Translations under genes and position numbers: made by a program
Part shown: positions 47,612 to 58,512 of the stretch, piece by piece
Layout of the letters: the number at the start of each line of letters is the position of its first letter
How positions within the stretch are numbered: position 1 is the stretch's first letter
Assembly (NCBI GenBank): GCA_963727805.1
Contig: CAVSHF010000005.1
Span: 1,120,001-1,184,000 of the forward strand
Length of the DNA: 64,000 nt
Source: an uncultured Nitrospiraceae bacterium
Lineage (GTDB): Bacteria; Nitrospirota; Thermodesulfovibrionia; Thermodesulfovibrionales; Dissulfurispiraceae
Reading direction: 5' to 3'
Notes under the pieces: model-generated
What the model was told of the DNA's origin: nothing
Database searches by the model: none
Seen by the model: the letters and a program-made list of their open reading frames with translations, nothing else

Positions 47612-48396
47612 CCGGGAACGACCTTCAATTTTTCAAAAGCTGGTTTTCAGAGTTCTGCAAAGTCTACCATCTAGATAACGAAAAGGAGCAGAGGAACATA
47701 ACCCTGAAGGAGGCTCATACCCTCCATGTCTGCAGGAATATCCTGGCCGTGGGACGGGGCGAGGCATTGGGTCCCAATGAGATGCTTCTTGCCGAAACCA
47801 TAGCCCTTTTTCATGATATCGGGCGATTTCCCCAGTATGCTCAATACCGGACATACAAAGACAGCATCTCAATCAACCACGGCCTTCTCGGTGCGAACAC
47901 GCTCCTGGAGAAAAAGGTGCTCATCCGTCTTGCCGACCGAGAGCAGGACCTCATCACTGATGCAGTGAAATTCCACAATGCATTTGCTATTTCAGACATT
48001 GTGGATCCCGACAAACTCCGTTTTCTCAAACTGATACGTGATGCCGATAAACTCGATATCTGGAGAGTTTTTATCGAGTTTTACGAAAGCCCCGATGAAG
48101 AAAAACCCGAAGCAGTAGGCCTCGGCCTTCCTGACAGCCCGTCGTATTCAGAGGAAATTCTTTCGCTTATCCGCAACAAGCAGATTATATCGCTTGCCAG
48201 ATTGAAGACCTCGAGTGACTTCAAACTGTTGCAACTCTCATGGATATTCGATCTCAATTTCACAGCATCCTTCATGCTGCTGATCGAACGGGATTACATC
48301 AACCGCATAGCCGCAACACTGCCGCAAACAGATGAGATACTCGACATAGTTGCTCGTGTGAGCGCATACGTCAGGGAGAAATTGGACAATGGCTAA
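47608..48396 (+). CDS. HD-domain metal-dependent phosphohydrolase
   Basis: LKEAHT, LFHDIGRF.QY, NHG, FHN, RDADKLD. Confidence 0.85.
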   Translation: MTGNDLQFFKSWFSEFCKVYHLDNEKEQRNITLKEAHTLHVCRNILAVGRGEALGPNEMLLAETIALFHDIGRFPQYAQYRTYKDSISINHGLLGANTLLEKKVLIRLADREQDLITDAVKFHNAFAISDIVDPDKLRFLKLIRDADKLDIWRVFIEFYESPDEEKPEAVGLGLPDSPSYSEEILSLIRNKQIISLARLKTSSDFKLLQLSWIFDLNFTASFMLLIERDYINRIAATLPQTDEILDIVARVSAYVREKLDNG

Positions 48397-49153
48397 GGTC
48401 TATTTCATCGGGGCAGGACCTGGCGATCCGGAATTGATCACCGTCAAGGGAAAGAGAGTGCTCGAAAATGCTGCTGTCATCATTTATGCTGGAAGCCTTG
48501 TCAACAAGGCATTGCTTAACGGACTGAATGCCGAGATATTTGACTCATCTTCGATGACACTTGATGACACTATCAGAGTCATGGAGAAGGCGATCGGCGA
48601 AGCGAAAGATGTGGCGCGGCTGCACACAGGAGACCCCGCCCTTTATGGCGCAATCTCTGAACAAATCGAGAGGCTCATACAACTCGGCATCCTGTATGAA
48701 GTTGTCCCCGGCGTCTCTTCCGCGTTGGCGGGTGCGGCTGTTCTCGGCCAGGAGCTTACCATACCCGAAATAAGCCAAACGGTCATCTTAACACGTATGG
48801 GAGGCAAGACCCCCGTACCGGACCTAGAAAGACTAGGCGAGTTGGCAAATCATCAGGCAACCATGGTAATTTTCTTAAGTATCGGCATGATTGAAACGCT
48901 GAGAGATGAACTGCTCCATGGCTATCCCGAAAACACCCCTGTTGTCGTAATCCAGAAAGCAACTTGGCCGGAGCAGAAGATAGTCAGGGGCACTCTGGCA
49001 GATATTGCCAAAAAGGTGAAAGAGGCGGGAATCACAAAGACAGCTCTCATCTATGTTGGAGAAGCTCTGAGGGCATCAGAAGAACTGTTGGGCAGGACAT
49101 CAAAGCTTTATGACAAAGACTTCACCCATGAATACAGGAGGGCTTCTGAGTAA
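48389..49153 (+). CDS. cobM: (Cobalt-)precorrin-4 C11-methyltransferase
   Basis: GAGPGDPELIT, YAGSLV, RLHTGDP, ELTIPEISQTVILTR, SKLYD..FTH. Confidence 0.95.
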   Translation: MAKVYFIGAGPGDPELITVKGKRVLENAAVIIYAGSLVNKALLNGLNAEIFDSSSMTLDDTIRVMEKAIGEAKDVARLHTGDPALYGAISEQIERLIQLGILYEVVPGVSSALAGAAVLGQELTIPEISQTVILTRMGGKTPVPDLERLGELANHQATMVIFLSIGMIETLRDELLHGYPENTPVVVIQKATWPEQKIVRGTLADIAKKVKEAGITKTALIYVGEALRASEELLGRTSKLYDKDFTHEYRRASE

Positions 49154-50204
49154 ACGGTTACTGTCCTTCTGGTTTGCGCTTTTCATATTCGCCTCTTTCT
49201 CCGCGGTGCAAGCGGCTGAGCATGTTCTCAGTATCTCCGCTGTCGGAGACATTATGATGGGCACGACATACCCTGAAGCGATCCTCCCACCCGATGACGG
49301 AGCGGGCATATTCGACAGCATTAAAGGCAACTTCAGTGAAAGTGACATTGTATTTGGCAATCTTGAAGGCCCGCTCGTCGACAATGGAAAAAGCGACAAA
49401 TGCCGGAAAAACTTCCGGATGTGCTTCGCATTTTCGACCCCGACCAGGTACGCAAAATACCTGAAAGACGCCGGATTCAATGTGCTCAACATTGCCAACA
49501 ACCATTCCTTTGATTTCGGTAGTGAAGGGATTAAGAGCACGGTCGAAACACTCGATGCGCTCTCTATCAGAACCATCGCGGCGGGCAGGGTCGAACACAT
49601 GGAGGTCAAGGGCAAAAAAGTTGCCCTCGTTGGTTTTTCGTTTTCCTCACCTTCTCCGTACTCAATAAATGATATCGCGACAGCAAAACAGATGGTGAGT
49701 GATCTTAAAGCTTCGAACGATCTCGTCATAATATCGTTCCATGGCGGGGCAGAGGGGAAACAGTCACTTCATGTAATGAATTCCAATGAGATTTTCGCAG
49801 GCGAAAACAGAGGCAATGTTATGGCGTTTTCACGGGCGATGATTGACGCAGGTGCCGATTTGGTTCTTGGTCATGGCCCGCACGTCCTGCGAGCAATCGA
49901 AATCTACAAGAAAAAACTTATCGTATACAGCCTTGGGAATTTTCTTACGTACGGAAGGTTCAATATAGCGGATGAGAACGGGGTCAGCATAATACTGAAA
50001 GTGAATATCAGTCTCAGCACCGGTGATTTCGCGGACGGCAAAATAATCCCAGTGAGGCTTGTCAACAGGGGAATCCCCGAGCCGGACCCCGACAACAATG
50101 CCGTGAAGCTCATACAGGAACTGACTGCGAAGGACATAGGGCGGAGAGATCTGATCATAACGGCCGAAGGCGGTCTGGAGAAGAGCACTAAAGATTATGA
50201 ATAG
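49128..50204 (+). CDS. CapA-family (PGA_cap) exported metallophosphatase
   Basis: VGDIMMG, GNLEG, ANNH..DFG, SFHGGAE, GHGPHV, YSLGNF. Start uncertain. Confidence 0.88.
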   Translation: MNTGGLLSKRLLSFWFALFIFASFSAVQAAEHVLSISAVGDIMMGTTYPEAILPPDDGAGIFDSIKGNFSESDIVFGNLEGPLVDNGKSDKCRKNFRMCFAFSTPTRYAKYLKDAGFNVLNIANNHSFDFGSEGIKSTVETLDALSIRTIAAGRVEHMEVKGKKVALVGFSFSSPSPYSINDIATAKQMVSDLKASNDLVIISFHGGAEGKQSLHVMNSNEIFAGENRGNVMAFSRAMIDAGADLVLGHGPHVLRAIEIYKKKLIVYSLGNFLTYGRFNIADENGVSIILKVNISLSTGDFADGKIIPVRLVNRGIPEPDPDNNAVKLIQELTAKDIGRRDLIITAEGGLEKSTKDYE

Positions 50205-51981
50205 TGATGTTCAAATAGCCTCTCCCGTAATCTTCTATATCACTGAGAGGGGACATGCCCTTGCGAACCGGATCGCCAGTCTTTTCATCGATTCTGAGGT
50301 GCTTCAGTTCGATGTATCGCTTCCAAAAAAACAGTGGGAAAAGCGAAATGGCTTTATCTTTATCATGGCAACGGGTATCGTGGTCAGAACGATCGCGCCT
50401 CTGCTCAAAGACAAGAAGACCGATCCGGCAGTGGTGGTGCTCGATGAAAAGGGTGAATACGCCGTGAGTCTTGTGAGCGGACATCTTGGAGGCGCCAACA
50501 GGCTTGCACGGCAAGTTGCGTCTCTGCTTGATGCCAAAGCCGTCATCACGACAGCTTCCGATATCAATAATCTGCCTTCCATCGACCTATGGGCAAAGGA
50601 CAACAGGCTCAATATCGAAAACTGGGATGCCCTTTCGCGCGTCGCTACCCGGTTGATCAATGAGGAGACAATCCGGGTCTATTCGGAGACCGAAATCACA
50701 CTGCCGGAGGCCTTCGCCCGCGAGCATGATCCGAGACGTGCCGACATATTGATAACAAAAAAGCAGCGAACCGAGACCTGCGGGTCCTGCGTTAAGGACC
50801 AGCTCTATCTAAGACCACAAAATCTTGTCATCGGCATCGGCTGCAACAGCGGGACACAGGCTCAGGAAATAGAAGACGCGGTCAAATCAGTCCTGCTTGA
50901 GCATAACCTGTCCTTTCTTGCAGTTCATTCGATTGCTACCATCGACAAAAAAGCTTCGGAGCCCGGGCTGCGTGATTTTGCCGATAAATACAACTTAGCG
51001 ATAGTTTCATTTTCGGCGGATCAACTCAACAAAGTGAGGGGGATTGAAAAATCAGAAGCCGTCTTCCGGGCTACCGGCGCAAACGCAGTCGCCGAGCCGT
51101 CTGCCCTACTTGCATCGAAGATGGCCAAACCACTGGTGCCGAAACAAAAGTCGGGGAATGTGACAGTGGCAGTTGCTTTGAAGAAATCGGAACACGGAGG
51201 CTGGAAGTCGGAAGAACAGATCAGTGGTAAATTGTACGTCGTTGGTATCGGGCCCGGAAGCGAGGAACACATCACACCCCGCGCGAAAAGGGCTATAGAA
51301 AGATCTGAAGTTATCGTCGGATACCGCACATACCTCGACCTGATCCCGGACCTGATTGAGCGCAAAGTAATATTTTCGACCGGGATGACACAGGAAATTG
51401 ATAGGTGTCGAAAGGCCGTAGAATTAGCGCTTTCCGGGAAAAGAGTTTCGGTCGTTAGCGGCGGCGATCCGGGCATCTATGCGATGGCGGGCCTGGTGTT
51501 CGAGATTTTGAGAGCAGAAGAACAGAAGCTCGCATCCGCTCTTCCCGTAGAGATAATTCCGGGCATATCCGCCCTAAACGCCGCTGCCGCACGCCTGGGC
51601 GCCCCTCTGATGCATGACTTCGTTTCAATTAGTCTATCGGACAGATTGACACCCTGGGACGTCATAGAAAAGCGTCTCAATGCCGCTGCCATGGCCGATT
51701 TCGTGATTGTCATCTACAATCCAAAAAGCAAGGGAAGAGTCGAACATTTCAGCCGTGCCGTCGAGATCATGCGGAGATATCGAAAATCCGAGACTCCGGT
51801 TGGAATTGTAAAGGCAGCGATGAGAGCATCTGAGCGCGTTGCGATCACCACTCTTGAAGGCGTGCTCTGTCATGAAATCGATATGCAGACAACCGTCATC
51901 ATCGGCAATTCAGGGACTTTTGTCTGGAACGGCCGGATGATTACGCCACGGGGTTATGAAAAAAAGTTCGAAAGCCGATAG
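50197..51981 (+). CDS. cobJ: CbiG-CbiH/CobJ fusion (cobalt-precorrin-5A hydrolase plus precorrin-3B C17-methyltransferase)
   Basis: CbiG: MATGIVVR, DPAVVV, SGHLGGAN, VITTASD, GIGC. CbiH: GIGPG, SGGDPGIYAMAG, HDF.SISLSD, YNPKS, TPRGY. Confidence 0.92.
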   Translation: MNSDVQIASPVIFYITERGHALANRIASLFIDSEVLQFDVSLPKKQWEKRNGFIFIMATGIVVRTIAPLLKDKKTDPAVVVLDEKGEYAVSLVSGHLGGANRLARQVASLLDAKAVITTASDINNLPSIDLWAKDNRLNIENWDALSRVATRLINEETIRVYSETEITLPEAFAREHDPRRADILITKKQRTETCGSCVKDQLYLRPQNLVIGIGCNSGTQAQEIEDAVKSVLLEHNLSFLAVHSIATIDKKASEPGLRDFADKYNLAIVSFSADQLNKVRGIEKSEAVFRATGANAVAEPSALLASKMAKPLVPKQKSGNVTVAVALKKSEHGGWKSEEQISGKLYVVGIGPGSEEHITPRAKRAIERSEVIVGYRTYLDLIPDLIERKVIFSTGMTQEIDRCRKAVELALSGKRVSVVSGGDPGIYAMAGLVFEILRAEEQKLASALPVEIIPGISALNAAAARLGAPLMHDFVSISLSDRLTPWDVIEKRLNAAAMADFVIVIYNPKSKGRVEHFSRAVEIMRRYRKSETPVGIVKAAMRASERVAITTLEGVLCHEIDMQTTVIIGNSGTFVWNGRMITPRGYEKKFESR

Positions 51982-53227
51982 GACCTGTAAGCCCTGCGCT
52001 TTTTTCTGGAACGAATCTTTCTTATGGGGTTTGATGGCATTCAACGCTCTGTCAGACGCCGGGCTTCCCTTCGAACTGATCCGCGCAGAAGATATCAGAA
52101 AGGGTATACTGCAGGATTATACTATGCTCTTTGTCCCTGGCGGATGGGCATCTAACAAGATCAAATCCCTTGGCGGGGAAGGCGTTCGTGAGATCAGGGA
52201 ATTTGTCGATAAGGGTGGAAATTATCTTGGTTTTTGTGGCGGTGCGGGTCTTGCGACTCTGGATGGCGTAGGCCTGCTCAATATCCGCCGCATACCGACT
52301 CAAGACCGAGTCCCGAGCTTCAGCGGTAGAATGCTGCTCAGACTCAATGGACATCCCATATGGGCCGGAATGGCTCCTGCGCCCCCTTCTGTCTTCCACG
52401 TCTGGTGGCCATCACAATTCTCGGCAAACGATCAGGAGAGTAACGTGCTTGCCACATACGAGGAAGCGCTTCCCGACTCATTCAGCTCGGACCTCAATGT
52501 CGGCGATGTGAGAAAGATTTTGGGAGACTGGGTGTCACTTGAACAGTCATATGGAATTAATCTGGACCCTTCGCGTTTACATGACCAGCCCGCTGTAATA
52601 GAGGGTTTCTACGGCCAAGGGAAAGTTTTGCTCTCGCTCGTTCACTTCGATACGCCGAACGATGCTTATGGTGCTACCATTCTTAAGAATCTTTGGAAAT
52701 ATCTTGCCGGCGCTGCTACGCTAAGTGAATACCAACCCTCCCCGCTTCCACGTTTCCGCGCCACAAAACTCGTCGATCTCGACAACATGTTGACCACTGT
52801 GCAAGATTTGATCTCCTTCGGTGAAAGAAATTTCCTTTGGTATTGGCGAAATTCAATGCTACTCCAGTGGCGGCGCGGCATCAGGGGGCTTGAATACTGC
52901 ACACTTTACGGGATGATTAAAGCCATCGCTGAGCATGCAGACCGCTTCCCATTCGACGATTCTTCCTCTCTGGACCGACTGCAAGATGCCGCACAAATGG
53001 TTTCCTCATTTCAAGAAAAGGCTGAGAGACTTCTACTGCGCGAAAGGCAGGCCCTTCAGGATGGTCATCGCATTACTTATGAAAAAAGCGATAACCTGGA
53101 AATAGTGCAACTGCGGGCCGAGCTCTTTTCGACCTCCAAGAGTTACGGAGGTATGTTCAAGGAACTTCTCGATAAGATCGACAGGATAGTGTTCGATCTC
53201 CTCCGGCAGCACGTTGTCAAACATTGA
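51956..53227 (+). CDS. BPL-N / class I glutamine amidotransferase-like domain protein
   Basis: LFVPGG, FVDKGGNYLGFCGGAG (nucleophile-elbow Cys), GKVLLSLVHFD. Confidence 0.72.
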   Translation: MKKSSKADRTCKPCAFFWNESFLWGLMAFNALSDAGLPFELIRAEDIRKGILQDYTMLFVPGGWASNKIKSLGGEGVREIREFVDKGGNYLGFCGGAGLATLDGVGLLNIRRIPTQDRVPSFSGRMLLRLNGHPIWAGMAPAPPSVFHVWWPSQFSANDQESNVLATYEEALPDSFSSDLNVGDVRKILGDWVSLEQSYGINLDPSRLHDQPAVIEGFYGQGKVLLSLVHFDTPNDAYGATILKNLWKYLAGAATLSEYQPSPLPRFRATKLVDLDNMLTTVQDLISFGERNFLWYWRNSMLLQWRRGIRGLEYCTLYGMIKAIAEHADRFPFDDSSSLDRLQDAAQMVSSFQEKAERLLLRERQALQDGHRITYEKSDNLEIVQLRAELFSTSKSYGGMFKELLDKIDRIVFDLLRQHVVKH

Positions 53228-53318
53228 CCGCATTCACATATGTATTGATCGAGAGCAGACTATTATGATATTCTTCCATTCGTAGTCACCAAGACAAATT
53301 TAAGAGAGAAGAACGCAA

Positions 53319-54665
53319 ATGTCATATCGAGCCTGGTTTCAATGCATCGACCCGCAATGCGGGGCTACGTACCCTTTGAACTCGATCATCTATCGTTGCG
53401 GAAACTGCAACTCACTTTTGGAAGTAAAGCACGACATGCAGGCGCTCGCGCAGCGCAGCTCAAAGGAATGGATAAAGCTCTTCGAGGACCGATACAAGTC
53501 CACCGAATGGCCCTACGGCTCGGGCGTGTGGGGTAAGAAGGAATGGATACTGCCTCAGATTAGCGACGATAATGTCGTGTCGCTGTACGAAGGTGGCACA
53601 AACCTCTTCTGGGCCGAGCGCTTGGGCAAAACGCTCGGCATGAGTGACCTGTGGATCAAACTCTGCGGGAATTCCCACAGCGGTTCATTCAAGGACCTCG
53701 GCATGACCGTGCTGGTATCGCAGGTCAAGCAGATGATAAGCGAAGGCGCGCCGATCCAGGCGGTGGCATGTGCTTCTACGGGCGATACTTCCGCAGCGCT
53801 GGCGGTTTATTGTGCTGCTGCAGGCATCCAGTCCATCGTTCTTCTGCCAAAGGGAAAGATTTCGGTTGCGCAGCTGATTCAGCCTATCGCAAACGGATCC
53901 CTGGTCTTGTCTCTCGACACCGATTTCGACGGTTGCATGGCCGTTGTCCAGGAAATAACGAAAGATGAGACCATTTATCTCGCCAATTCCATGAACTCTT
54001 TGCGCATTGAAGGGCAAAAGACGGTCGGTATTGAGATCTGTCAGCAATTCGAATGGAAGCTGCCTGACGTAATCATCATCCCCGGCGGCAACCTGGGCAA
54101 TGTCTCAGCTCTAGGTAACGGACTCCTCATGATGAAGAATCTCGGCCTTGTTGATACGCTGCCGCGCATAGTTGTTGCACAGGCTGAAAGGGCAAACCCC
54201 TTGTATCGTTCGTACCTGAAGAACTTTGAGACCTTCGAACCGATCCATGCTGAAAAGACGCTTGCAAACGCGATTCAGATAGGCAACCCAGTCAGCATAC
54301 AGAAGGCCATCCGCACATTGAAACAATTCAATGGCATCGTCGAACAAGCCACCGAACAGGAACTGGCCGATGCTGCCGCCCTCGGAGATACCTTCGGAAT
54401 GTTCAACTGTCCACATACAGGAGTTGCACTCGCCGCACTGATAAAACTCCTCAAGGCAGGCAAAATAGATAAGTCCGAACGAGTCGTCGTTATTTCAACT
54501 GCCCATGGGCTGAAATTTACCGAATTCAAGGTCAGGTACCACGAGGAAACTCTTGACTTCCCTTGCCGCTTTGCCAACAAGCCGGTCGAGCTGCCGCCCA
54601 GCGTTGATGCGGTCAAGGAAGCCCTCAGACAGGCCTTACAGAAGAGGAGGAACACTGATGTCTAA
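53319..54665 (+). CDS. thrC: Threonine synthase, plant-like subtype
   Basis: SGSFKDLG (PLP Lys), [38 protein letters not shown]. Confidence 0.95.
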   Translation: MSYRAWFQCIDPQCGATYPLNSIIYRCGNCNSLLEVKHDMQALAQRSSKEWIKLFEDRYKSTEWPYGSGVWGKKEWILPQISDDNVVSLYEGGTNLFWAERLGKTLGMSDLWIKLCGNSHSGSFKDLGMTVLVSQVKQMISEGAPIQAVACASTGDTSAALAVYCAAAGIQSIVLLPKGKISVAQLIQPIANGSLVLSLDTDFDGCMAVVQEITKDETIYLANSMNSLRIEGQKTVGIEICQQFEWKLPDVIIIPGGNLGNVSALGNGLLMMKNLGLVDTLPRIVVAQAERANPLYRSYLKNFETFEPIHAEKTLANAIQIGNPVSIQKAIRTLKQFNGIVEQATEQELADAAALGDTFGMFNCPHTGVALAALIKLLKAGKIDKSERVVVISTAHGLKFTEFKVRYHEETLDFPCRFANKPVELPPSVDAVKEALRQALQKRRNTDV

Positions 54666-55866
54666 GAAGTCTTTAAACCCCATGGACTGGAACCCCGCAA
54701 CCCTTGCTATCCACGGCCCTGGGCGACTTCCCAAAGCCCATTACGCGGTCTCTACGCCTATTGTGCAGACCTCCAATTTCTACTTTGATACGACCGCCGA
54801 AGTCTACAACTTTATGCAGGCAAAAAGTCAGGGCCATGTGGCACGAGAGCATGAATACGGCAGATACGGCAATCCGACGCAGCAGGAGTGCGAGCGTAAA
54901 CTTGCGGCAATTGAAGGAGCGGAGCGGGCCCTGCTTTTCTCCACGGGCATGAGCGCGGTAATAATGACACTCATGGCTTACATGAAGCGTAACAAACATA
55001 TCATATTTACAAGCGACTGTTACCGCCAGACGCGCGACTTTGCCACCAACACGCTGTCCGAGTTCGGGATAGAGGTCTCCATTGTGGACCCAACTGCTGA
55101 GGCCATCGAGAAGGCCATTCGCCCCAATACCAACATCATTTTCACCGAATCACCGACCAATCCTTACCTGCGCGTCCTTGACATGATAGCGATAGTAAAG
55201 GTTGCAAAGAAGCATCGCGTGATGACTATAATCGACGCCACGCTCGCAACGCCATACAACATCAAGCCCCTTGAGATGGGGGTGGACATAGTCATCCACT
55301 CAGCGACCAAGTACCTCGGCGGCCATAACGACCTGCTCGCAGGAGTAACCCTCGGCAATCATAAAAAACTCGACGCCTTGTACAAAATGCAGAGGATGAT
55401 CGGGGCGACCCCGGGCCCGCTGACCTGCTTCCTGCTGGAACGCGGTTTGAAGACCTTCGCTCTCAGGATGGAGCATCACAACCGCGCTGGCATGACTATA
55501 GCAAAGATGCTGGAGTCCCACTCCAAGGTTGAAAAGGTTTGGTATCCCGGCCTCAAATCGCATCCCGATTACAAGGTTGCGAAAAAGCAGATGCGGGGGT
55601 TCGGAAGCCTGATCACCTTCCTCGTAAAGGGCGGAGACAAGGAGACGAGAAAATTTATTGATTCGCTAAAGCTCTTCCTGATCACCCCCAGCCTCGGCGG
55701 AAGCGAGAGCCTTGTGACACAGATGTCGGTAATGTCGTTCTATGACTACCCTGAAGAATACCGGCACTCCCTTGGCATGGTGGATAACTTGGTTCGTATA
55801 GCCCTGGGACTTGAGGATGTTGACGATCTCATCGCAGACCTCAACCAAGGCCTCGACAGGATTTGA
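54658..55866 (+). CDS. metB: Cystathionine gamma-synthase (Cys/Met metabolism PLP enzyme), plant-like subtype
   Basis: [47 protein letters not shown] 54658 overlaps the thrC stop. Confidence 0.82.
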   Translation: MSKKSLNPMDWNPATLAIHGPGRLPKAHYAVSTPIVQTSNFYFDTTAEVYNFMQAKSQGHVAREHEYGRYGNPTQQECERKLAAIEGAERALLFSTGMSAVIMTLMAYMKRNKHIIFTSDCYRQTRDFATNTLSEFGIEVSIVDPTAEAIEKAIRPNTNIIFTESPTNPYLRVLDMIAIVKVAKKHRVMTIIDATLATPYNIKPLEMGVDIVIHSATKYLGGHNDLLAGVTLGNHKKLDALYKMQRMIGATPGPLTCFLLERGLKTFALRMEHHNRAGMTIAKMLESHSKVEKVWYPGLKSHPDYKVAKKQMRGFGSLITFLVKGGDKETRKFIDSLKLFLITPSLGGSESLVTQMSVMSFYDYPEEYRHSLGMVDNLVRIALGLEDVDDLIADLNQGLDRI

Positions 55867-55890
55867 AACCGAGCAGATCATAGTTCTTGA

Positions 55891-55916
55891 GCGGTCTCCT
55901 TCGGGCAGGAGACCGC
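55891..55916. terminator. GC-rich hairpin between convergent genes
   Basis: GCGGTCTCCT-TCGGGC-AGGAGACCGC; no clear U tract. Confidence 0.55.
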
Positions 55917-55988
55917 CGCATACTGTGTAAGCGTGTAGGAGATTCAGCTCTATTTCCTCAGGGTGGGATGACCCGAGCGCTCCCCCCC

Positions 55989-56861
55989 CTAATCTTTCAG
56001 TGATAAAACACTCGTCACAACATACTCTCTTATGCCGCGATCGAATATCAGTCCGGCATGATGCACGTGGAAATCCTTATGCTCATCTCCACCCGGATAA
56101 ATGGCGCTTTCAGCGGTGACAAATCCGTCTGCCTTGCCTTCCTTTAACTCATCGGGTATCATCCTCTCTGGAAGTACGGCGGCAAGAAGATCAGGCAGGG
56201 GGGTTGAGCCGATTCTCACGAGTGCGGGGTCTGTCCCGCCTATCGATGCTATAAAGAAACCAGGTTGGCGCCTCTCCGCAAGACTCGTTAGAAAAGCGGA
56301 TCCGGGGAGCATCTCTCTTATTGCGTGACCGCTTAAAAAAGTGATTACTCGGTGCAGAGAAGTTCGCACTTCTTTATCGCCCAAATCCATGATTTTCTGC
56401 ACCGCTGCCGAGAGCGGAGAAAGATAGACAACCCATTTCGCCATAGATGATCCTTTATGCGGCGTCGCGATCGTGATGACTCCCCTTATGGGTGCGACAC
56501 ATTCTTGCAGAAACCTTCTCGCGATAAGCCCACCCCTACTATGCCCAATGAGAACCATGCCCGCAGGCGCCTTTGCAGCGTATGCTAGAGCAAGCTCCTT
56601 CAGCTCTTCTACTGCGATCAGAGCCGGACCAGCAGGCCTCGTCTGACTCCACGTAAGGACGGGATAGCCTTGATCTTTCAGGTCGTGAAAGGGCGTCTTC
56701 ATTTCAGCACCGCCGAGCAGGATGCTTAAAGGATATTTCCCTCCGAGCACCCTTGCCAGCTCAGGTTCGGCCCACATTGCGGCGTCCATGCCCATGCCGT
56801 GGATAAATATGACGAGCGGCTTTGCGCGATCTCCTTTAAAATAGAATATTTCAGATTTCAT
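55989..56861 (-). CDS. Alpha/beta-hydrolase (lipase/PGAP1-like)
   Basis: FIHG, GHSRGG nucleophile elbow, ATPHKGS, DGFV, C-terminal H. Confidence 0.85.
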   Translation of the reverse strand: MKSEIFYFKGDRAKPLVIFIHGMGMDAAMWAEPELARVLGGKYPLSILLGGAEMKTPFHDLKDQGYPVLTWSQTRPAGPALIAVEELKELALAYAAKAPAGMVLIGHSRGGLIARRFLQECVAPIRGVITIATPHKGSSMAKWVVYLSPLSAAVQKIMDLGDKEVRTSLHRVITFLSGHAIREMLPGSAFLTSLAERRQPGFFIASIGGTDPALVRIGSTPLPDLLAAVLPERMIPDELKEGKADGFVTAESAIYPGGDEHKDFHVHHAGLIFDRGIREYVVTSVLSLKD

Positions 56862-57032
56862 GCATATACTTTACTACAGACATTGTTTGAGAATACCATA
56901 AATACGCTTCGCTCTATTAATCGAGCCCTTCGGGCTGACATTGATAATTTCCACAGCCGGCATTTCGTTCGGCATTCCGAGTGTATTAATTGAATTATAA
57001 ATACTTTTTATAGCTCGTTAACTTTATTTTAA

Positions 57033-57062
57033 TTGACAGGGCGCGACTGCTATTGGTATAAA
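57033..57062 (+). promoter_or_regulatory. Sigma70-type promoter for the sulfur-relay operon
   Basis: TTGACA-N18-TATAAA with TG just upstream of the -10 box. Confidence 0.55.
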
Positions 57063-57137
57063 CGTGTACCTGTAAAACGTTTGTTTATACAATATGTATG
57101 TATCAATATCCTAAGAATACTGTAAGGGAGGTGTGTT

Positions 57138-57434
57138 ATGAAACTTGGCGTATTCGTCAGCGATTACCGGAGCGGCGCCGATGTCCTTGACAGATTGAGC
57201 GCCGAAAAACTCGGCATCATTTTCGTCGGCAACGGCGTTTACCACGCAGCGGTTAAGGAAGGGGGCAAGGCAGACCCGGTTCTGCAGAAGTCTGCGAACT
57301 TTTATGTCCTTACTGAAGACCTTGAAAGCAGGGGATTTACTGCTGCCAATTTGCCGGGCAATATCAAGGCGGTTACCTACGGCGATGTCGTTGATCTGAT
57401 TTTCAACGATTACGAAAAGATAATCTGGATATAG
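57138..57434 (+). CDS. dsrH: DsrH/TusB-like sulfur relay protein
   Basis: NGVYHA, YVLTEDLESRG, VTYGDVVDLI, C-terminal W. Confidence 0.72.
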   Translation: MKLGVFVSDYRSGADVLDRLSAEKLGIIFVGNGVYHAAVKEGGKADPVLQKSANFYVLTEDLESRGFTAANLPGNIKAVTYGDVVDLIFNDYEKIIWI

Positions 57435-57450
57435 GAGATAGGAGGCAATT

Positions 57451-57813
57451 ATGGGAAAGTTGACAATGGGCGTCTTCCCGGGATTGGTCGGGTCACTCTC
57501 ACTCGATTTCTCGGTGAAGCTTGCTGAAGCTGCCGTAAAAAAAGGACATAAAGTTGATTACTGGGTTTCTTCGAATGCTACGATGCTCTCCAAGAAAGGG
57601 CAGAGATCTTTTAAAGATTATTCGACGCTTTATAAGACGCTCGAGGAGCTTTTCAAGACAGGTAATTTCAAGGCATGCGCATGTGAGGCCTGTGCCGAGG
57701 CAAGAGGATACCATAAAGAGGATCTGATGGAAGGCTGGATCCGTAAAAGCATGGACTGGTACCTCGCGAGCTGTTTTGATGCAGACAGAATTCTTCTCAT
57801 AGGGGGTGAGTAA
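57451..57813 (+). CDS. dsrE: DsrE/TusD-like sulfurtransferase
   Basis: LAEAAVKKGHKV, ACACEACAEARG (Cys at the DsrE active-site position), ADRIL. Confidence 0.72.
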   Translation: MGKLTMGVFPGLVGSLSLDFSVKLAEAAVKKGHKVDYWVSSNATMLSKKGQRSFKDYSTLYKTLEELFKTGNFKACACEACAEARGYHKEDLMEGWIRKSMDWYLASCFDADRILLIGGE

Positions 57814-57814
57814 G

Positions 57815-58228
57815 ATGGCGACCACTAGACTCGCGTTCGTTATAAGATCACTTCCTTATAAGACTGAAGCTTCAAGACTCGCGATGACCCATGCCATTGC
57901 GAGCCAGACAGTTGAGATATACCTCGAAGATGGAGACATGGTCGAGCCGGTTGTCTGCTTTATTGGAGACGGCGTGCTTAACTGCCTCAAGAACCAGGCT
58001 ACTGCTAAACATTATGACATCACCAGCCTCGAAATGCATATAAAGAACAGCCTCCTATTAGATCTAAAGGTCATGATATGCAAGGAAGACCTTGATCGGT
58101 TCGGCATCAAGGAGGATGCCCTCATTATGGACGCTGAGGACCTCGGTGGTGAAACCAGGGCGCAGATAGTGCCTTACAGTGAAATACAAAAAGAACTAGA
58201 TTCTGTAAATCATATACAGATGTTCTAA
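57815..58228 (+). CDS. DsrF/TusC-like (DsrE-superfamily) protein
   Basis: FVIRSLPY, FIGDGV, ICKEDLDRFGI, C-terminal F. Confidence 0.7.
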   Translation: MATTRLAFVIRSLPYKTEASRLAMTHAIASQTVEIYLEDGDMVEPVVCFIGDGVLNCLKNQATAKHYDITSLEMHIKNSLLLDLKVMICKEDLDRFGIKEDALIMDAEDLGGETRAQIVPYSEIQKELDSVNHIQMF

Positions 58229-58245
58229 TACAAGGAGGAATGATA

Positions 58246-58491
58246 ATGGGTGATTTAAAAGCTCAAACACCAGCTGAAGTGCTCGACGTTCTCGGAAGGG
58301 TATGTCCCTATCCGCTCGTTTTGACCAAAAAGCAGATGGAGAAGATGGCAGCAGGTTCGATACTTAAGATACTTTGCGATGCGCCCGCTTCCGCAGAAGA
58401 TTCAATCCCTCGCTTTGCCGACAAGCAGGGATTTCCCATCGAAGTCGAAAAAACCGGCGACCACTGGGAGATATATATTCAGAAGAAATAG
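58246..58491 (+). CDS. tusA: Sulfur carrier TusA family protein
   Basis: LDVLGRVCPYP motif, L.ILCD..AS..SIP. Confidence 0.9.
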   Translation: MGDLKAQTPAEVLDVLGRVCPYPLVLTKKQMEKMAAGSILKILCDAPASAEDSIPRFADKQGFPIEVEKTGDHWEIYIQKK

Positions 58492-58512
58492 CCGAAACAG
58501 CAAAGGATCATC

